In this document: piece by piece, positions 9,452-18,091 of the stretch
Layout of the letters: every line of letters begins with the position of its first letter
Position numbering within the stretch: the stretch's first letter is position 1
Source of the DNA: a virus
Taxonomy: Duplodnaviria > Caudoviricetes
Length of the DNA stretch: 32,899 nt
Virus record (IMG/VR): IMGVR_UViG_3300045999_005752
Coordinates: 1 to 32,899 of that record
Strand: one strand, 5' to 3'
The notes under the pieces: model-generated
What the model was told of the DNA's origin: nothing
Seen by the model: the letters and a program-made list of their open reading frames with translations, nothing else
The model's database searches: none
Program-made: the position numbers and the translations under genes

Positions 9452-9600
9452 CACAAGCAAGTAGTAGTGCAGTTTCCGTAATAGCAACATGTTGTACAGA
9501 CCAACATGCGACCGCCTGAAAAGATAGTGTTCGTTGTGCAAGCCGCGTAAACAGCGGTTGCGGACATGGCAAGCACCAACCCAACGATATATTTCTTCAT
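9451..9600 (-). CDS. Secreted cysteine-rich peptide (49 aa, not in ORF track)
   Basis: MKKYIVGLVLAMSATAVYA-ACTTNTIFSGGRMLVCTTCCYYGNCTTTCL; GGAGG RBS; signal peptide plus 6 Cys. Confidence 0.75.
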   Translation of the reverse strand: MKKYIVGLVLAMSATAVYAACTTNTIFSGGRMLVCTTCCYYGNCTTTCL

Positions 9601-9610
9601 GATGTACCTC

Positions 9611-9832
9611 CTAGTAGTAAGCAATTAAAAATAATACTGCACCAGCAACGGTAAAAAACAACACATTCCAGCCTGACATTCTCCGTTTAAACGTCCTGCC
9701 TAACATTGCCTGCTGCAACCAAGCTGTTTCCTCGCATGGAGGAATATTCTTGGCTGAGTACGTGCCTTGTGTGTACCTGCGTTCAAACCATTTGGGTTCA
9801 TACGCGGAACCGATTTTGATTTTGCATTCCAT
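9611..9832 (-). CDS. Hypothetical protein with C-terminal transmembrane segment
   Basis: KIKIGSAYEP N-terminus; hydrophobic tail. Confidence 0.65.
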   Translation of the reverse strand: MECKIKIGSAYEPKWFERRYTQGTYSAKNIPPCEETAWLQQAMLGRTFKRRMSGWNVLFFTVAGAVLFLIAYY

Positions 9833-9834
9833 AA

Positions 9835-10200
9835 TTAATCCTTTGTAAGGCGCATTATTTCAATGCTTTCGCCGTTTAAACAAGTTGTATAGGAACCGCT
9901 GCCCCATGTCATTGCGGCAAACGCTGTTAATGTCGATTGGATCTGATGCTTGCCATACTCCCCGAAAGGAACGGTCATGACATCACCGACCGCCATCTTG
10001 TCCACCCCAAGACCACGATACAGCCTTGTGAATGTGCCTTGTGGGAACTTGCGGATACGCTTTCTTTCTTCTTTGACTGCAATGGTCAGGTCACCCTTGA
10101 CGATGTCCTCTCCGTCCGGTATCCGGATAAAGTAATCAACGCCAACGGAGTTGAGATAGACCATTGCTTTCTTTAATGCTGCTTGTTTAACTGCTTCCAT
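9835..10200 (-). CDS. Hypothetical phage protein
   Basis: 121 aa; GAGG RBS. Confidence 0.65.
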   Translation of the reverse strand: MEAVKQAALKKAMVYLNSVGVDYFIRIPDGEDIVKGDLTIAVKEERKRIRKFPQGTFTRLYRGLGVDKMAVGDVMTVPFGEYGKHQIQSTLTAFAAMTWGSGSYTTCLNGESIEIMRLTKD

Positions 10201-10202
10201 GA

Positions 10203-10403
10203 TTAAGCCTCTTTGTGAATTGGTTTACGACGTTTCTTTACTACGCTTGCTATGCCCTCTTCAGGTACTCGGTTCCTCTCTGCGATCATTGCGTCTGCTA
10301 TTGCGTAACAATTCTTTGCATGGTCTTCCAGATTAGGAGGCATCCATGCCTTGGAGATCATAGCGAACGCCGCAAAGAAATCTCTTAGGTCTTCATCATT
10401 CAT
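10203..10403 (-). CDS. Small phage protein, 'LRDFFAA..CYAIADAM' family (paralog-like to 6808-6999)
   Basis: Shares motif with 6808-6999. Confidence 0.7.
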   Translation of the reverse strand: MNDEDLRDFFAAFAMISKAWMPPNLEDHAKNCYAIADAMIAERNRVPEEGIASVVKKRRKPIHKEA

Positions 10404-10722
10404 GTTTCACCGGACGGATCAATGGCTCAAGCCCGTCGCACACCAACTGAGCGAATGACTTGCCAGACGGGAACATCATCTGTGCGCCTTTGGTTTCCCT
10501 GACAACAGCTATCGCAGTGTTTAAACCTTCATTGAAGCCCTGCTCAAACTTGTCGCCGTCCCGATCCATACGCATGTAAATGCCTTCGCGAGCCACTTTA
10601 GATGAAGAGATTGCGCGATCATCTGCGAACTTCTTCATGCGTTCAGCTTCGTTAATCGGCATGTAAATCATCACCGCCTTGACCGGAACTTTAGAACGGG
10701 TCTGTTTTTTTCCAATGCTCAT
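10396..10722 (-). CDS. Hypothetical protein, possible ribbon-helix-helix regulator
   Basis: VMIYMP..RMKKFA..ISSSKVAREGI resembles RHH topology. Confidence 0.5.
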   Translation of the reverse strand: MSIGKKQTRSKVPVKAVMIYMPINEAERMKKFADDRAISSSKVAREGIYMRMDRDGDKFEQGFNEGLNTAIAVVRETKGAQMMFPSGKSFAQLVCDGLEPLIRPVKHE

Positions 10723-11101
10723 ACTCTTCCACCATCTTGTCGAATTTATCTTTAGCTTCTGCGTTACCGTTTAGTTCTGTGCGTGATTCAATACCACACA
10801 GTTCATAGACGGCATCGATAGCCTCCTGTTCGTTCTTGTGCATCGCGTGACCTTCCTCGCACAGCCACACCTGAAACTCTCGGTTGCGGCAGAGGATGCC
10901 TGCGTGTTTAACCCTGTTGTCGTAGGGTGTGGCGGTTTCATCATCTTGGATGCGTACCATTGCTACACCGTATCGAGACCCAACGAAATCCCGCAACAAC
11001 TCTTCGGGGATCTCGTCAGGATGGATACTCAGGGTCAATACAAAGCCAGTGCGGTCTTGCTTAAGCGATACCTTTACTGCTTCGAATTGAAGTGCGTTCA
11101 T
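10691..11101 (-). CDS. Conserved phage hypothetical protein
   Basis: MNALQFE start with GAGG RBS; AGILC..FQVWL..CGIESRTEL motif. Confidence 0.7.
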   Translation of the reverse strand: MNALQFEAVKVSLKQDRTGFVLTLSIHPDEIPEELLRDFVGSRYGVAMVRIQDDETATPYDNRVKHAGILCRNREFQVWLCEEGHAMHKNEQEAIDAVYELCGIESRTELNGNAEAKDKFDKMVEEYEHWKKTDPF

Positions 11102-11108
11102 GTTGTCC

Positions 11109-11429
11109 TCAGAAAGGGATATCGTCATCCGCATCTGCGATGGATGCAGCACGTTGACGGGGTTGTTCTTGTTTCTTGTAGTTTGGATCAGGTTGCCATG
11201 TATCAACACTTAGCGACAAATAGGTCATTCCTGACTTAGCTACTTTTTTCCATCCACCAATTTTGATTGTTGCCATTCCGTCCTTGACTTTAACGGTAGA
11301 CATATCAAGCAAAATCGTTCCTTGATAATCAGGTGATAAAGGCTGAAGCTTTTCTTTGTTAACGAACAAACTGCCAGTGTTTGGCTTTGGCTCGTAAGGT
11401 TTGTTAAAACTTTCTGATTGGTATCCCAT
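11109..11429 (-). CDS. ssDNA-binding-like protein (DUF736-like) with acidic DDDIPF tail
   Basis: GSLF..PDYQG..GW..YLSLSV and C-terminal DDDIPF. Confidence 0.7.
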   Translation of the reverse strand: MGYQSESFNKPYEPKPNTGSLFVNKEKLQPLSPDYQGTILLDMSTVKVKDGMATIKIGGWKKVAKSGMTYLSLSVDTWQPDPNYKKQEQPRQRAASIADADDDIPF

Positions 11430-11431
11430 GA

Positions 11432-12037
11432 CTACTCCTTGATGTTTGCTTTAAGTTCAGTAAAGCAGGTTTTTAAATGCTCGAATAGAGCGGTGTCAGC
11501 CCTCTTTAAGGCATCGATTTCTTTTTGGTTAGCCTTCCAAGCACCAACCAATTCTTTCTGCGAGGTTTGTTCCACTGCCCACGCAATAAGGTTATCAACA
11601 AACAACTGATGATTCGGGTTTACTGGCTCAGTCTTCTGCGGGATAACAATCGGTTTGGCAGGTGTCTCTGCAGGTGCGGCGGCATCCACTGAATCATGCT
11701 CCACAATCTCCATCGCCATGAGCCAGAGGTAACGGCGCATATACGTATGAGTACTACCTAAATTCTGTATTGCTTGACCCTTGCTGTTTTCTGCAAACAC
11801 CATCGGGCTTGTAAACTCGATGCTACCCTCGTCACCGTAGACCGTCAGGGATGCAGTGTCATTGGTAAACCGCACCACGCCACACAGCCCGACCTCGTTA
11901 AAGATCCTGTGGATGGCAGGGATAAAGTCACCAAGCTCGAAGTACTCGTAGCCTGCAAACTTGTTCTTGCCGGACTTCTTGATGTCGGCAGACAGGAACA
12001 TTGTCCTCGCCTTCTGAAGCTGTTTAAACACGCTCAT
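11432..12037 (-). CDS. erf: ERF-family single-strand annealing protein
   Basis: KSGKNKFAGYEYFELGDF..IQNLGSTHTYMRRY..EHD. Confidence 0.85.
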   Translation of the reverse strand: MSVFKQLQKARTMFLSADIKKSGKNKFAGYEYFELGDFIPAIHRIFNEVGLCGVVRFTNDTASLTVYGDEGSIEFTSPMVFAENSKGQAIQNLGSTHTYMRRYLWLMAMEIVEHDSVDAAAPAETPAKPIVIPQKTEPVNPNHQLFVDNLIAWAVEQTSQKELVGAWKANQKEIDALKRADTALFEHLKTCFTELKANIKE

Positions 12038-12911
12038 TTTCTTGCTCCTTGTTGAACTGTGAACACCACTTTGCTACACCGCAGAAGTTGCCAGTACAAC
12101 GCACCGACTCGCCCTTGCGGATTTCAATGAAACCTTTGTCCTTGGCAGGCATCTCTGCAAGCAAGGCATCTGCCTCTTCTTGTGTATCAAGCACACGCAC
12201 TGCTGTCTTGCGTCCTTCCTTCTTGACCGCGAACTTGGTCTCCCTTGTCCAACGCTCTTCGTCTGTGCAGTGGATCAGCTCGTTGTCCCAGTCAGCATCA
12301 ACCTTCGCTTGACGGTGCAACTCGATCCGCTCCTTGATGTACTTCTCCACCTCGCTAGAATCCATTAACGCAATGGGTACTACCTGCGCACTGGCCTGTG
12401 GGTAATTCGGGTTTGTAGCGGCCTCGCGGCGGCTCCAATCGCGGATAAAAGCACAGATGCTGATTGAGGATACTTTCTTGCCCTTGATCTTGCCGACCAT
12501 CCATGCGTAGATGTTCTGTTGCAATACCCATTCGATCTTGTCTTCGCGCAACGCCCAAGCACTTGTGAACTTGTAGTCAGTGATCTTGATACTGCCATCG
12601 ACCTCTTCCTGCAAATCCATTGCGCCCGACAGGATGACACCGTCAATCTCTACGTACAGGCGTTCCTCTGCCTGCAGTCCATCGTTAGTCTTCTTCTCGA
12701 GCAGGTTGTGTGCCATCGTCCCCATCAAAGACCAAGTCATGTCGCTTACGTCTTGCTCCATGCCTTCCCAATGCTTAACACGCAAGCGTTGGATTCTGGG
12801 CGGGGAAATGATTTCTGTGACAGAATAGTCGGCACGTCCCTTGCTGTATGCGCTCTTGGTTGCAAGGTCTACAAAGGGTTGCGGTAACCCGAATTTATTG
12901 GTGATCTTCAT
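12024..12911 (-). CDS. PD-(D/E)XK exonuclease (Cas4/RecB-like, Cys-containing)
   Basis: GTMAH..EERL..LSGAMD..DYKFTS..QQNIY; C-terminal RC..FC..WC; ATG at 12911 with GGAGG RBS. Confidence 0.8.
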   Translation of the reverse strand: MKITNKFGLPQPFVDLATKSAYSKGRADYSVTEIISPPRIQRLRVKHWEGMEQDVSDMTWSLMGTMAHNLLEKKTNDGLQAEERLYVEIDGVILSGAMDLQEEVDGSIKITDYKFTSAWALREDKIEWVLQQNIYAWMVGKIKGKKVSSISICAFIRDWSRREAATNPNYPQASAQVVPIALMDSSEVEKYIKERIELHRQAKVDADWDNELIHCTDEERWTRETKFAVKKEGRKTAVRVLDTQEEADALLAEMPAKDKGFIEIRKGESVRCTGNFCGVAKWCSQFNKEQENERV

Positions 12912-12958
12912 TAAGCCTCCGTATATGGAAAACAAATAATAGCAAAAGAAAATAAACC

Positions 12959-13312
12959 ATGCAAGCACTTTCATTAATTATTTTTGGTGAGCCTGCATCA
13001 AAAAGCAACAGTCGTAGGTTAGTACGGTTTGGCTCTATGTCACGGCTGATAAAGTCTGCGAAAGCTTTGTCTTATGCTGATGCGTTTAAACAGCAAGTTG
13101 CTTCGCTGGGATACGAACCGTTCACAGAAGATGTGGTTGTTACCATGACGATCCACTATGCGTCACGCAGACCTGACCTAGACGAAAGTCTGATCCTTGA
13201 TCTACTGCAGGGGGTCACTTACCTGAACGACCGACAGGTAAAAGAGAAGCACATCTATTGGGGGTTGGATAAAGAAAACCCTCGATGCGAGATAACAGTC
13301 ACCAAAAAATAA
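12959..13312 (+). CDS. rusA: RusA-family Holliday junction resolvase
   Basis: GEPASKSN..RRPDLD..DLLQG..NDRQV..NPRCEI. Confidence 0.8.
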   Translation: MQALSLIIFGEPASKSNSRRLVRFGSMSRLIKSAKALSYADAFKQQVASLGYEPFTEDVVVTMTIHYASRRPDLDESLILDLLQGVTYLNDRQVKEKHIYWGLDKENPRCEITVTKK

Positions 13313-13342
13313 AGGCAGATGCCGAGGGGGACACCTGCCTTT
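13310..13342 (+). terminator. Hairpin after rusA (possible terminator)
   Basis: aaaggcag..ctgccttt inverted repeat. Confidence 0.4.
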
Positions 13343-13452
13343 ACCGACCCTGAACAGGTCTCTTTCGCGGAGGCTTAATCACGGGAAAGTATTGCAATGA
13401 TACACGAACGAAACACAGGATCAATACTTATGTTTGTAACTCTGTGTGGCTA

Positions 13453-13481
13453 TTGTCGAGTTGCGAACGTTCGTATATAAT
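13453..13481 (+). promoter_or_regulatory. Sigma70 promoter for replication operon, with palindrome CGAACGTTCG in spacer
   Basis: TTGTCG-17-TATAAT. Confidence 0.7.
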
Positions 13482-13489
13482 TGTTGTGA

Positions 13490-13780
13490 TAATTTAGTGT
13501 CGTGGGGGATACGGGGGTTAGCGCCCTGTATGGCATGGAAACATGAGTACCTTGGCAGGCACTCGCACTCTTCGCCACTTTCCGATTTCGACACTGCTTT
13601 ATGTGACCCCCACGCTTTACTTTTGTTTTGATGTAGTGCAGAATTAGCACATCCCTTGGCGGGGGTGAAGTATTCCAACAAGGTTTCACATGGATACACA
13701 GCGAGTGTTGGCTCGTCCCGCCAGATTCCCTTAAAAAAGGAATTGTGTATTCAGGTGAAACCTTTTTTTTTAAGGTTTGC
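13490..13780 (+). ncRNA. Structured leader RNA / candidate attenuator upstream of replication initiator
   Basis: Multiple stems (cgtgggg/ccccacg, catg-gaaa-catg, tggcggg/cccgcca) and a 21-nt imperfect inverted repeat ending in a T-run. Confidence 0.5.
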
Positions 13781-13782
13781 AG

Positions 13783-14448
13783 ATGCATTACTTCAAGAAA
13801 AACATAGGCGATTACGCCAAGAAGACAGGGCGGCTGACCATGCTACAGCATGGCGCATATACCCTCCTGATCGATTCCTGCTACGACAGAGAAAAGTTTC
13901 CAACGTTGGCTGAAGCTATCGAATGGACATGGGCTTCCACCAAGGAAGAAGTCGAGGCAGTGCAGTTTGTACTCACCAGATTCTTTGATGAAGTGGACGG
14001 GGTTTACATCCAAAAGCGTATCCAAGAAGAGATAGATGAGTACCACGCCAAGTCCACGATCAACAAACGAATCGCTCAAGAGCGTGAGTCCAAACGCAAG
14101 CAAACGTTAACGAAACGTACACGAAGCGTTGACGATGCGTTTGATTTAAGCAACGAAGCGCCACCTAACCATAAACCAATAACCAATAACCATAAACCAA
14201 TAAATACTACACCGCCTGACGGCGTATCACAGTCCGTTTGGGATGACTTTGTTCTGCAACGAAAAGAAAAGAAGGCATCCATTACAGAGACTGCAATCCA
14301 AGGTATTGAACGCGAAGCAAAGAAAGCAAACATGACCTTGAACGATGCGTTACAGGAAATCTGTGCAAGAGGTTGGGTTGGGTTCAAGGCTAAGTGGGTA
14401 CTTGATCAACAGCAAACCATACCTACTGACTTTTGGAAGGACAGATAA
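13783..14448 (+). CDS. YdaU/DUF1376-family replication initiator
   Basis: MHYFKKNIGDY..LTMLQHGAYTLLID; C-terminal WDDF..R..K..GWVGFKAKW. Confidence 0.85.
   Translation: MHYFKKNIGDYAKKTGRLTMLQHGAYTLLIDSCYDREKFPTLAEAIEWTWASTKEEVEAVQFVLTRFFDEVDGVYIQKRIQEEIDEYHAKSTINKRIAQERESKRKQTLTKRTRSVDDAFDLSNEAPPNHKPITNNHKPINTTPPDGVSQSVWDDFVLQRKEKKASITETAIQGIEREAKKANMTLNDALQEICARGWVGFKAKWVLDQQQTIPTDFWKDR
14166..14203 (+). repeat. Five tandem 7-mers (AACCATA/AACCAAT) inside the initiator gene; candidate iterons/ori
   Basis: aaccata aaccaat aaccaat aaccata aaccaat; lambda O-like in-gene position. Confidence 0.6.
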
Positions 14449-14768
14449 TGCAAGGCTACAACGATATTTTGACAGCAGCAAAGAAGGGTGAGCGTTTAAA
14501 CAAGGTGTTCTTTTATGTTGATGCTATGCCATACCGGATCAAGAAAGGCGAGGTCATGAAGAAATTCCCAGTCAACGTTATGTTTGTTGACTCAACTGAT
14601 GACCCTGCCAAACTATCTTTTAATGCCTTGCGTGATCTTCAAGTGCATATCGTAGGCGCAAACAGCGAGCGCGTCCGATCGTTTGCTGAGCGTGTATTGA
14701 CGTTTAAACCGTCTGTGCTTTGCTGGGACGACGGCTGCGAAATGGAAATCATAAGGTGTAAACAATGA
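14448..14768 (+). CDS. Hypothetical protein between initiator and helicase
   Basis: Start/stop overlaps at both ends. Confidence 0.65.
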   Translation: MQGYNDILTAAKKGERLNKVFFYVDAMPYRIKKGEVMKKFPVNVMFVDSTDDPAKLSFNALRDLQVHIVGANSERVRSFAERVLTFKPSVLCWDDGCEMEIIRCKQ

Positions 14769-15718
14769 GAGACTACGAAGGCTTAGCCAGTCAGATTATC
14801 CACGGCGATAGCATCATCCCTTACACGGTGGACGATGAGGTGCAAGCCAAGGTCTACGATGGCAGTACGTTCAGGGACGAGCTTATCGAAAGCTTTAAAA
14901 GCCCCGACCAAGTGACGGGTGCGAAACTTCCTTGGGGATCAACGCATTTCAATATCCGATTCCGGACAGGTGAAACGACCATCTGGGCAGGCATCAATGG
15001 TCATGGCAAGTCGCAATTGCTTGGCATGGTAAGCATTGGATGGATCGCGCAGGGTGAGGGCGTGCTAAACATATCCCTTGAGATGAAACCCTTGGCTACC
15101 CTGAAACGGATGGCGATACAGGCTTGCATGAACGATCAGCCTACCGACCTGATCCTGAACAAGTTCATGGACTTCATGCTGTGCGCGGGGTACGTGTTTA
15201 ATCACCAAGGCAACATCGAGACAAGGATAATCTACGGCGCGATCCGCTATGCCGCATCCAAAGGACTCAAGCACGTGATCATTGACTCGCTCATGAAGTG
15301 CGTCAAGGGCGTGGATGATTACAACGCCCAGAAGGATTTCGTTAACCAGATCACCCAACTTGCCCAACAATACAACGTCCATGTTCACCTTGTGCATCAC
15401 ATCCGCAAGCAAGAGAACGAGCAGAAAATACCCAACAAGTTCGATCTCGCGGGATCGGGGGCGATGACCGACCTTGCCGACCAAGTGATCATTGTCTACC
15501 GCAACAAGCACAAGGAGCGTACCGTAGAGAAGAATCCAGAGGACAAGGACGCACAGTCGATGCCTGATGCTGTCCTGTCAATGGACAAGAACCGCCACGG
15601 GGAATGGGAAGGGCGCGTACCCCTGTGGTACAACCCAAGCTGTAAGCAGTATCTATCGGACAGCAGGGCTAGACCACTGGATCTGATGGACAGTGGAACT
15701 TACGTGTTTAAACGTTAA
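14765..15718 (+). CDS. DnaB-like (SF4) replicative helicase domain
   Basis: Walker A GINGHGKS, SLEM, IIDSL, LVHHIRK, GSG..D..D, KNRHG. Confidence 0.9.
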   Translation: MRDYEGLASQIIHGDSIIPYTVDDEVQAKVYDGSTFRDELIESFKSPDQVTGAKLPWGSTHFNIRFRTGETTIWAGINGHGKSQLLGMVSIGWIAQGEGVLNISLEMKPLATLKRMAIQACMNDQPTDLILNKFMDFMLCAGYVFNHQGNIETRIIYGAIRYAASKGLKHVIIDSLMKCVKGVDDYNAQKDFVNQITQLAQQYNVHVHLVHHIRKQENEQKIPNKFDLAGSGAMTDLADQVIIVYRNKHKERTVEKNPEDKDAQSMPDAVLSMDKNRHGEWEGRVPLWYNPSCKQYLSDSRARPLDLMDSGTYVFKR

Positions 15719-15731
15719 AATGAGGCTTGAA

Positions 15732-15971
15732 ATGAAACTTGGAAGCAGTAGGAATCAGTGCGGTGCGTGTCGGGAATACTTCAACTCGAACAGGATGTTT
15801 GAAAAACACCGAACCGGCGTCTTCGGTGTAGACAGACGCTGTTTAAACGAGCAGGAAATGCTGGACAAAAAGATGCTTAAAAATCCTGCAGGATTTTGGA
15901 TTGGTAGCATCATGGATAAATCTTTAATCGAGAAACGAAATGCCATACGTGAACAAGAAGAGACCGTATAA
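15732..15971 (+). CDS. Small zinc-binding phage protein (CxxC..F..F.KHR.G..RRC)
   Basis: QCGACREYFNSNRMFEKHRTG..RRC; GAGG RBS before ATG 15732. Confidence 0.7.
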   Translation: MKLGSSRNQCGACREYFNSNRMFEKHRTGVFGVDRRCLNEQEMLDKKMLKNPAGFWIGSIMDKSLIEKRNAIREQEETV

Positions 15972-16215
15972 AAAAGAATACGCTCAGCAACAAGAGCGTG
16001 GCGAACAACCCTTGCGTAACGTCCGCGAGCGAGCGCGTTATGCAATGGATGCCAAGGGTATCGACCGCACAGGAAAGGACATTGACCACGTAACGCCTCT
16101 ATCCAAGGGTGGCACGAACGCCAAGTCCAATCTCAAGCTGAAGACCCCAAGTGCTAACCGTTCGTTTAGCCGCAACAGCGACCATACGGTCAAAACAAAC
16201 AAACCTAAAAAATGA
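15940..16215 (+). CDS. HNH endonuclease-like protein
   Basis: KDIDHVTPLSKGGTNAKSNL..SANRS. Confidence 0.8.
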   Translation: MPYVNKKRPYKKEYAQQQERGEQPLRNVRERARYAMDAKGIDRTGKDIDHVTPLSKGGTNAKSNLKLKTPSANRSFSRNSDHTVKTNKPKK

Positions 16216-16240
16216 AACTTTCTCAAAACATCTGGGCATC

Positions 16241-16732
16241 ATGGACAGCCGTTTAAACGCTGTACGGATTGATCTGTCGCCCGCCGAGCTTCATGTCTGC
16301 AGAATCCTTGGGATAATGCGCAGGTCTGAGGCTATGAACAAGGTCAAGGATCAGCAGGTAGGAAGCGATGACACTTGGTCTATCGACATCGATGGAGTGG
16401 TGGCTGAGTACTGCGTTGCCAAACTGCTAAACCTATGCCCCGATCTGACGGTCAGCGTACGCAATGGCGGCGCGGATCTAATCAGTCGCAAGGGTAAGAC
16501 CATCGATGTTAAATCGACCCGCCATGTAAACGGCAGACTGCTTGCCACGATCAAAAAAGCCGACGATCCATGTGATATGTATGTCCTCGTCATTGTGGAT
16601 AATTTTGGCGGGAATGTCGTTGGGTGGGCATCTAAGGCTGATCTCTTTATTGAAGACAACAAGCAGGACTTAGGTTATGGGATTGGGTACGCCCTACCTC
16701 AGTATGGGCTTAGACCGTTTAAACAGCCTTAA
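16241..16732 (+). CDS. Putative PD-(D/E)XK-like nuclease
   Basis: DGVVAEY..GGADL..TIDVKST; start codon uncertain. Confidence 0.6.
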   Translation: MDSRLNAVRIDLSPAELHVCRILGIMRRSEAMNKVKDQQVGSDDTWSIDIDGVVAEYCVAKLLNLCPDLTVSVRNGGADLISRKGKTIDVKSTRHVNGRLLATIKKADDPCDMYVLVIVDNFGGNVVGWASKADLFIEDNKQDLGYGIGYALPQYGLRPFKQP

Positions 16733-16854
16733 TAACCCCGGGCGACAAACTCCAGCCGGGAAAGCTGGTCAACGTTTAAACGGTTTTTGTTGTAACTGCA
16801 TACCTGTGTTGCAGTTACCGGAGGGGGAGGGAACTGGTCAGGTTTCTTTGGGCG

Positions 16855-16896
16855 AAAAAAAACCCCCCGACCGCCGTAGCAGAAGGGGGGTTGTTT
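16855..16896. terminator. Bidirectional intrinsic terminator between convergent operons
   Basis: A8-CCCCCC-loop-GGGGGG-TTGTTT. Confidence 0.65.
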
Positions 16897-16987
16897 ACTG
16901 CGCAAGGATATCAAGCGCCCAGTCAAACATAGCAAGCGCAACAATAAAGACCGCCACAAAGGCGATCCAATCTCCGATGGTTTTCAT
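16895..16987 (-). CDS. Small membrane peptide (30 aa, not in ORF track)
   Basis: MKTIGDWIAFVAVFIVALAMFDWALDILAQ; ATGA overlap with upstream gene. Confidence 0.55.
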   Translation of the reverse strand: MKTIGDWIAFVAVFIVALAMFDWALDILAQ

Positions 16988-17211
16988 TCTTCGTCCTCAT
17001 CAATGCTTACTACCACAAAGCCATCACTTATGATCGTTCCTACCTCTAGTGGCTCTCCGTCCATGTAATAGAAGATACCCTCATCTTCTGTATCCTCGAC
17101 TTCATCCCATGAGCCAAGGGCAATCTCTACGCCGCAAAAATCTACTTTGCGAGCAAGTGGGTCACTAGGTAGCCAAAACCCAGTGCAGTATTTTGTTTTG
17201 TATTTACTCAT
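16984..17211 (-). CDS. Acidic hypothetical protein
   Basis: 75 aa; GGAG RBS. Confidence 0.65.
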   Translation of the reverse strand: MSKYKTKYCTGFWLPSDPLARKVDFCGVEIALGSWDEVEDTEDEGIFYYMDGEPLEVGTIISDGFVVVSIDEDEE

Positions 17212-17557
17212 CTTCGTTCTCCAACATAGGAAAAAGGTTATCCGCTGTATCGCTAATCACGTCCCAGTTAATGCCGACTGTCGCGTCATGATTGCGTTTG
17301 ATCGATTGCAATACTTCCCAAGCCTGATCATCACTTAAGTCAGGACGCACCTCTTGCACGTCAGAGGTGTACCAACGGTCATCGATGTACCGCTCGACAG
17401 TCTGTGACTCAACGTGGTTGAGTAGGACATCATGCGCGTACGCCCAAAGCTCGAACGTGTTATCGCCATTGCTGTCGCACAGGTACTTGTCCGACACTAT
17501 GTCGCGCACCATGTAACCCTCACTGGTTTTCTCGATAAAGAATTTTGAATAGTCCAT
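17204..17557 (-). CDS. Hypothetical phage protein ('L.DDQAWEVL..HDA..GINWD' family)
   Basis: MDYSKFF start after AAGGAG. Confidence 0.7.
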   Translation of the reverse strand: MDYSKFFIEKTSEGYMVRDIVSDKYLCDSNGDNTFELWAYAHDVLLNHVESQTVERYIDDRWYTSDVQEVRPDLSDDQAWEVLQSIKRNHDATVGINWDVISDTADNLFPMLENEDE

Positions 17558-17558
17558 T

Positions 17559-17693
17559 TCAATGCTCCTTGTTGTTGAATTCATCCCACATGCTTTTAGC
17601 AAACTTAGACCACACACAATTCTCAAACTCTTGAGTCAATTCATCATCTGCCAGTAAATCGAATGCAAGTTCTATCTTTTCCAATTCGTTCAT
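17559..17693 (-). CDS. Small acidic protein (44 aa, not in ORF track)
   Basis: MNELEKIELAFDLLADDELTQEFENCVWSKFAKSMWDEFNNKEH; GGAGG RBS. Confidence 0.55.
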   Translation of the reverse strand: MNELEKIELAFDLLADDELTQEFENCVWSKFAKSMWDEFNNKEH

Positions 17694-17878
17694 TATCTAT
17701 CCTCCTCGTCTCGAAATGGATACGACCAATCGGTCAACTCATCTAAGCTACGGGCAAATCGACCTTTCCCGCGAAAGAAAGCCCACTCTTCACAGTTGAT
17801 ACAACCCCAAGCAAAATGCTTACAAGGTTTGTGTATCGTGCTGAACTTGTTGTAATGCCTACGTGTACGCATCTTCAT
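17693..17878 (-). CDS. Hypothetical Cys-containing protein
   Basis: 61 aa; AAGGA RBS. Confidence 0.55.
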   Translation of the reverse strand: MKMRTRRHYNKFSTIHKPCKHFAWGCINCEEWAFFRGKGRFARSLDELTDWSYPFRDEEDR

Positions 17879-17895
17879 GACCGTTCCTTGTTTGA

Positions 17896-18090
17896 TTATT
17901 GAATTGAATTGTTGATTGAATCTTGTGCATCATAAACACTGGTGATCACCTCTAGGACGTAACCACTAAACACGTCCTTGTCGTTGCAAGCCATTGCCCC
18001 TGCCTGCGCCAACAGCATGGCGAGCGCGGGGATGACATCGTCTAACTCCTCCCCGTCCAGTGCCGCCGCAAGTTTTTCTGATAATTCCAT
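17896..18090 (-). CDS. Hypothetical protein
   Basis: 64 aa; GGAGG RBS. Confidence 0.6.
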   Translation of the reverse strand: MELSEKLAAALDGEELDDVIPALAMLLAQAGAMACNDKDVFSGYVLEVITSVYDAQDSINNSIQ

Positions 18091-18091
18091 A

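Noticed and set aside
16151-16256. Programmed frameshift or longer N-terminus for the 16241-16732 gene
   Set aside because: The coupled ATG at 16212 reads only 14 codons and no clear slippery site is seen; the internal ATG at 16241 is the simpler explanation, though the start remains uncertain.
7652-16602. Isolated perfect DnaA boxes at 7652 and 16594
   Set aside because: Single copies within coding sequence (VDN codons); no clustering.
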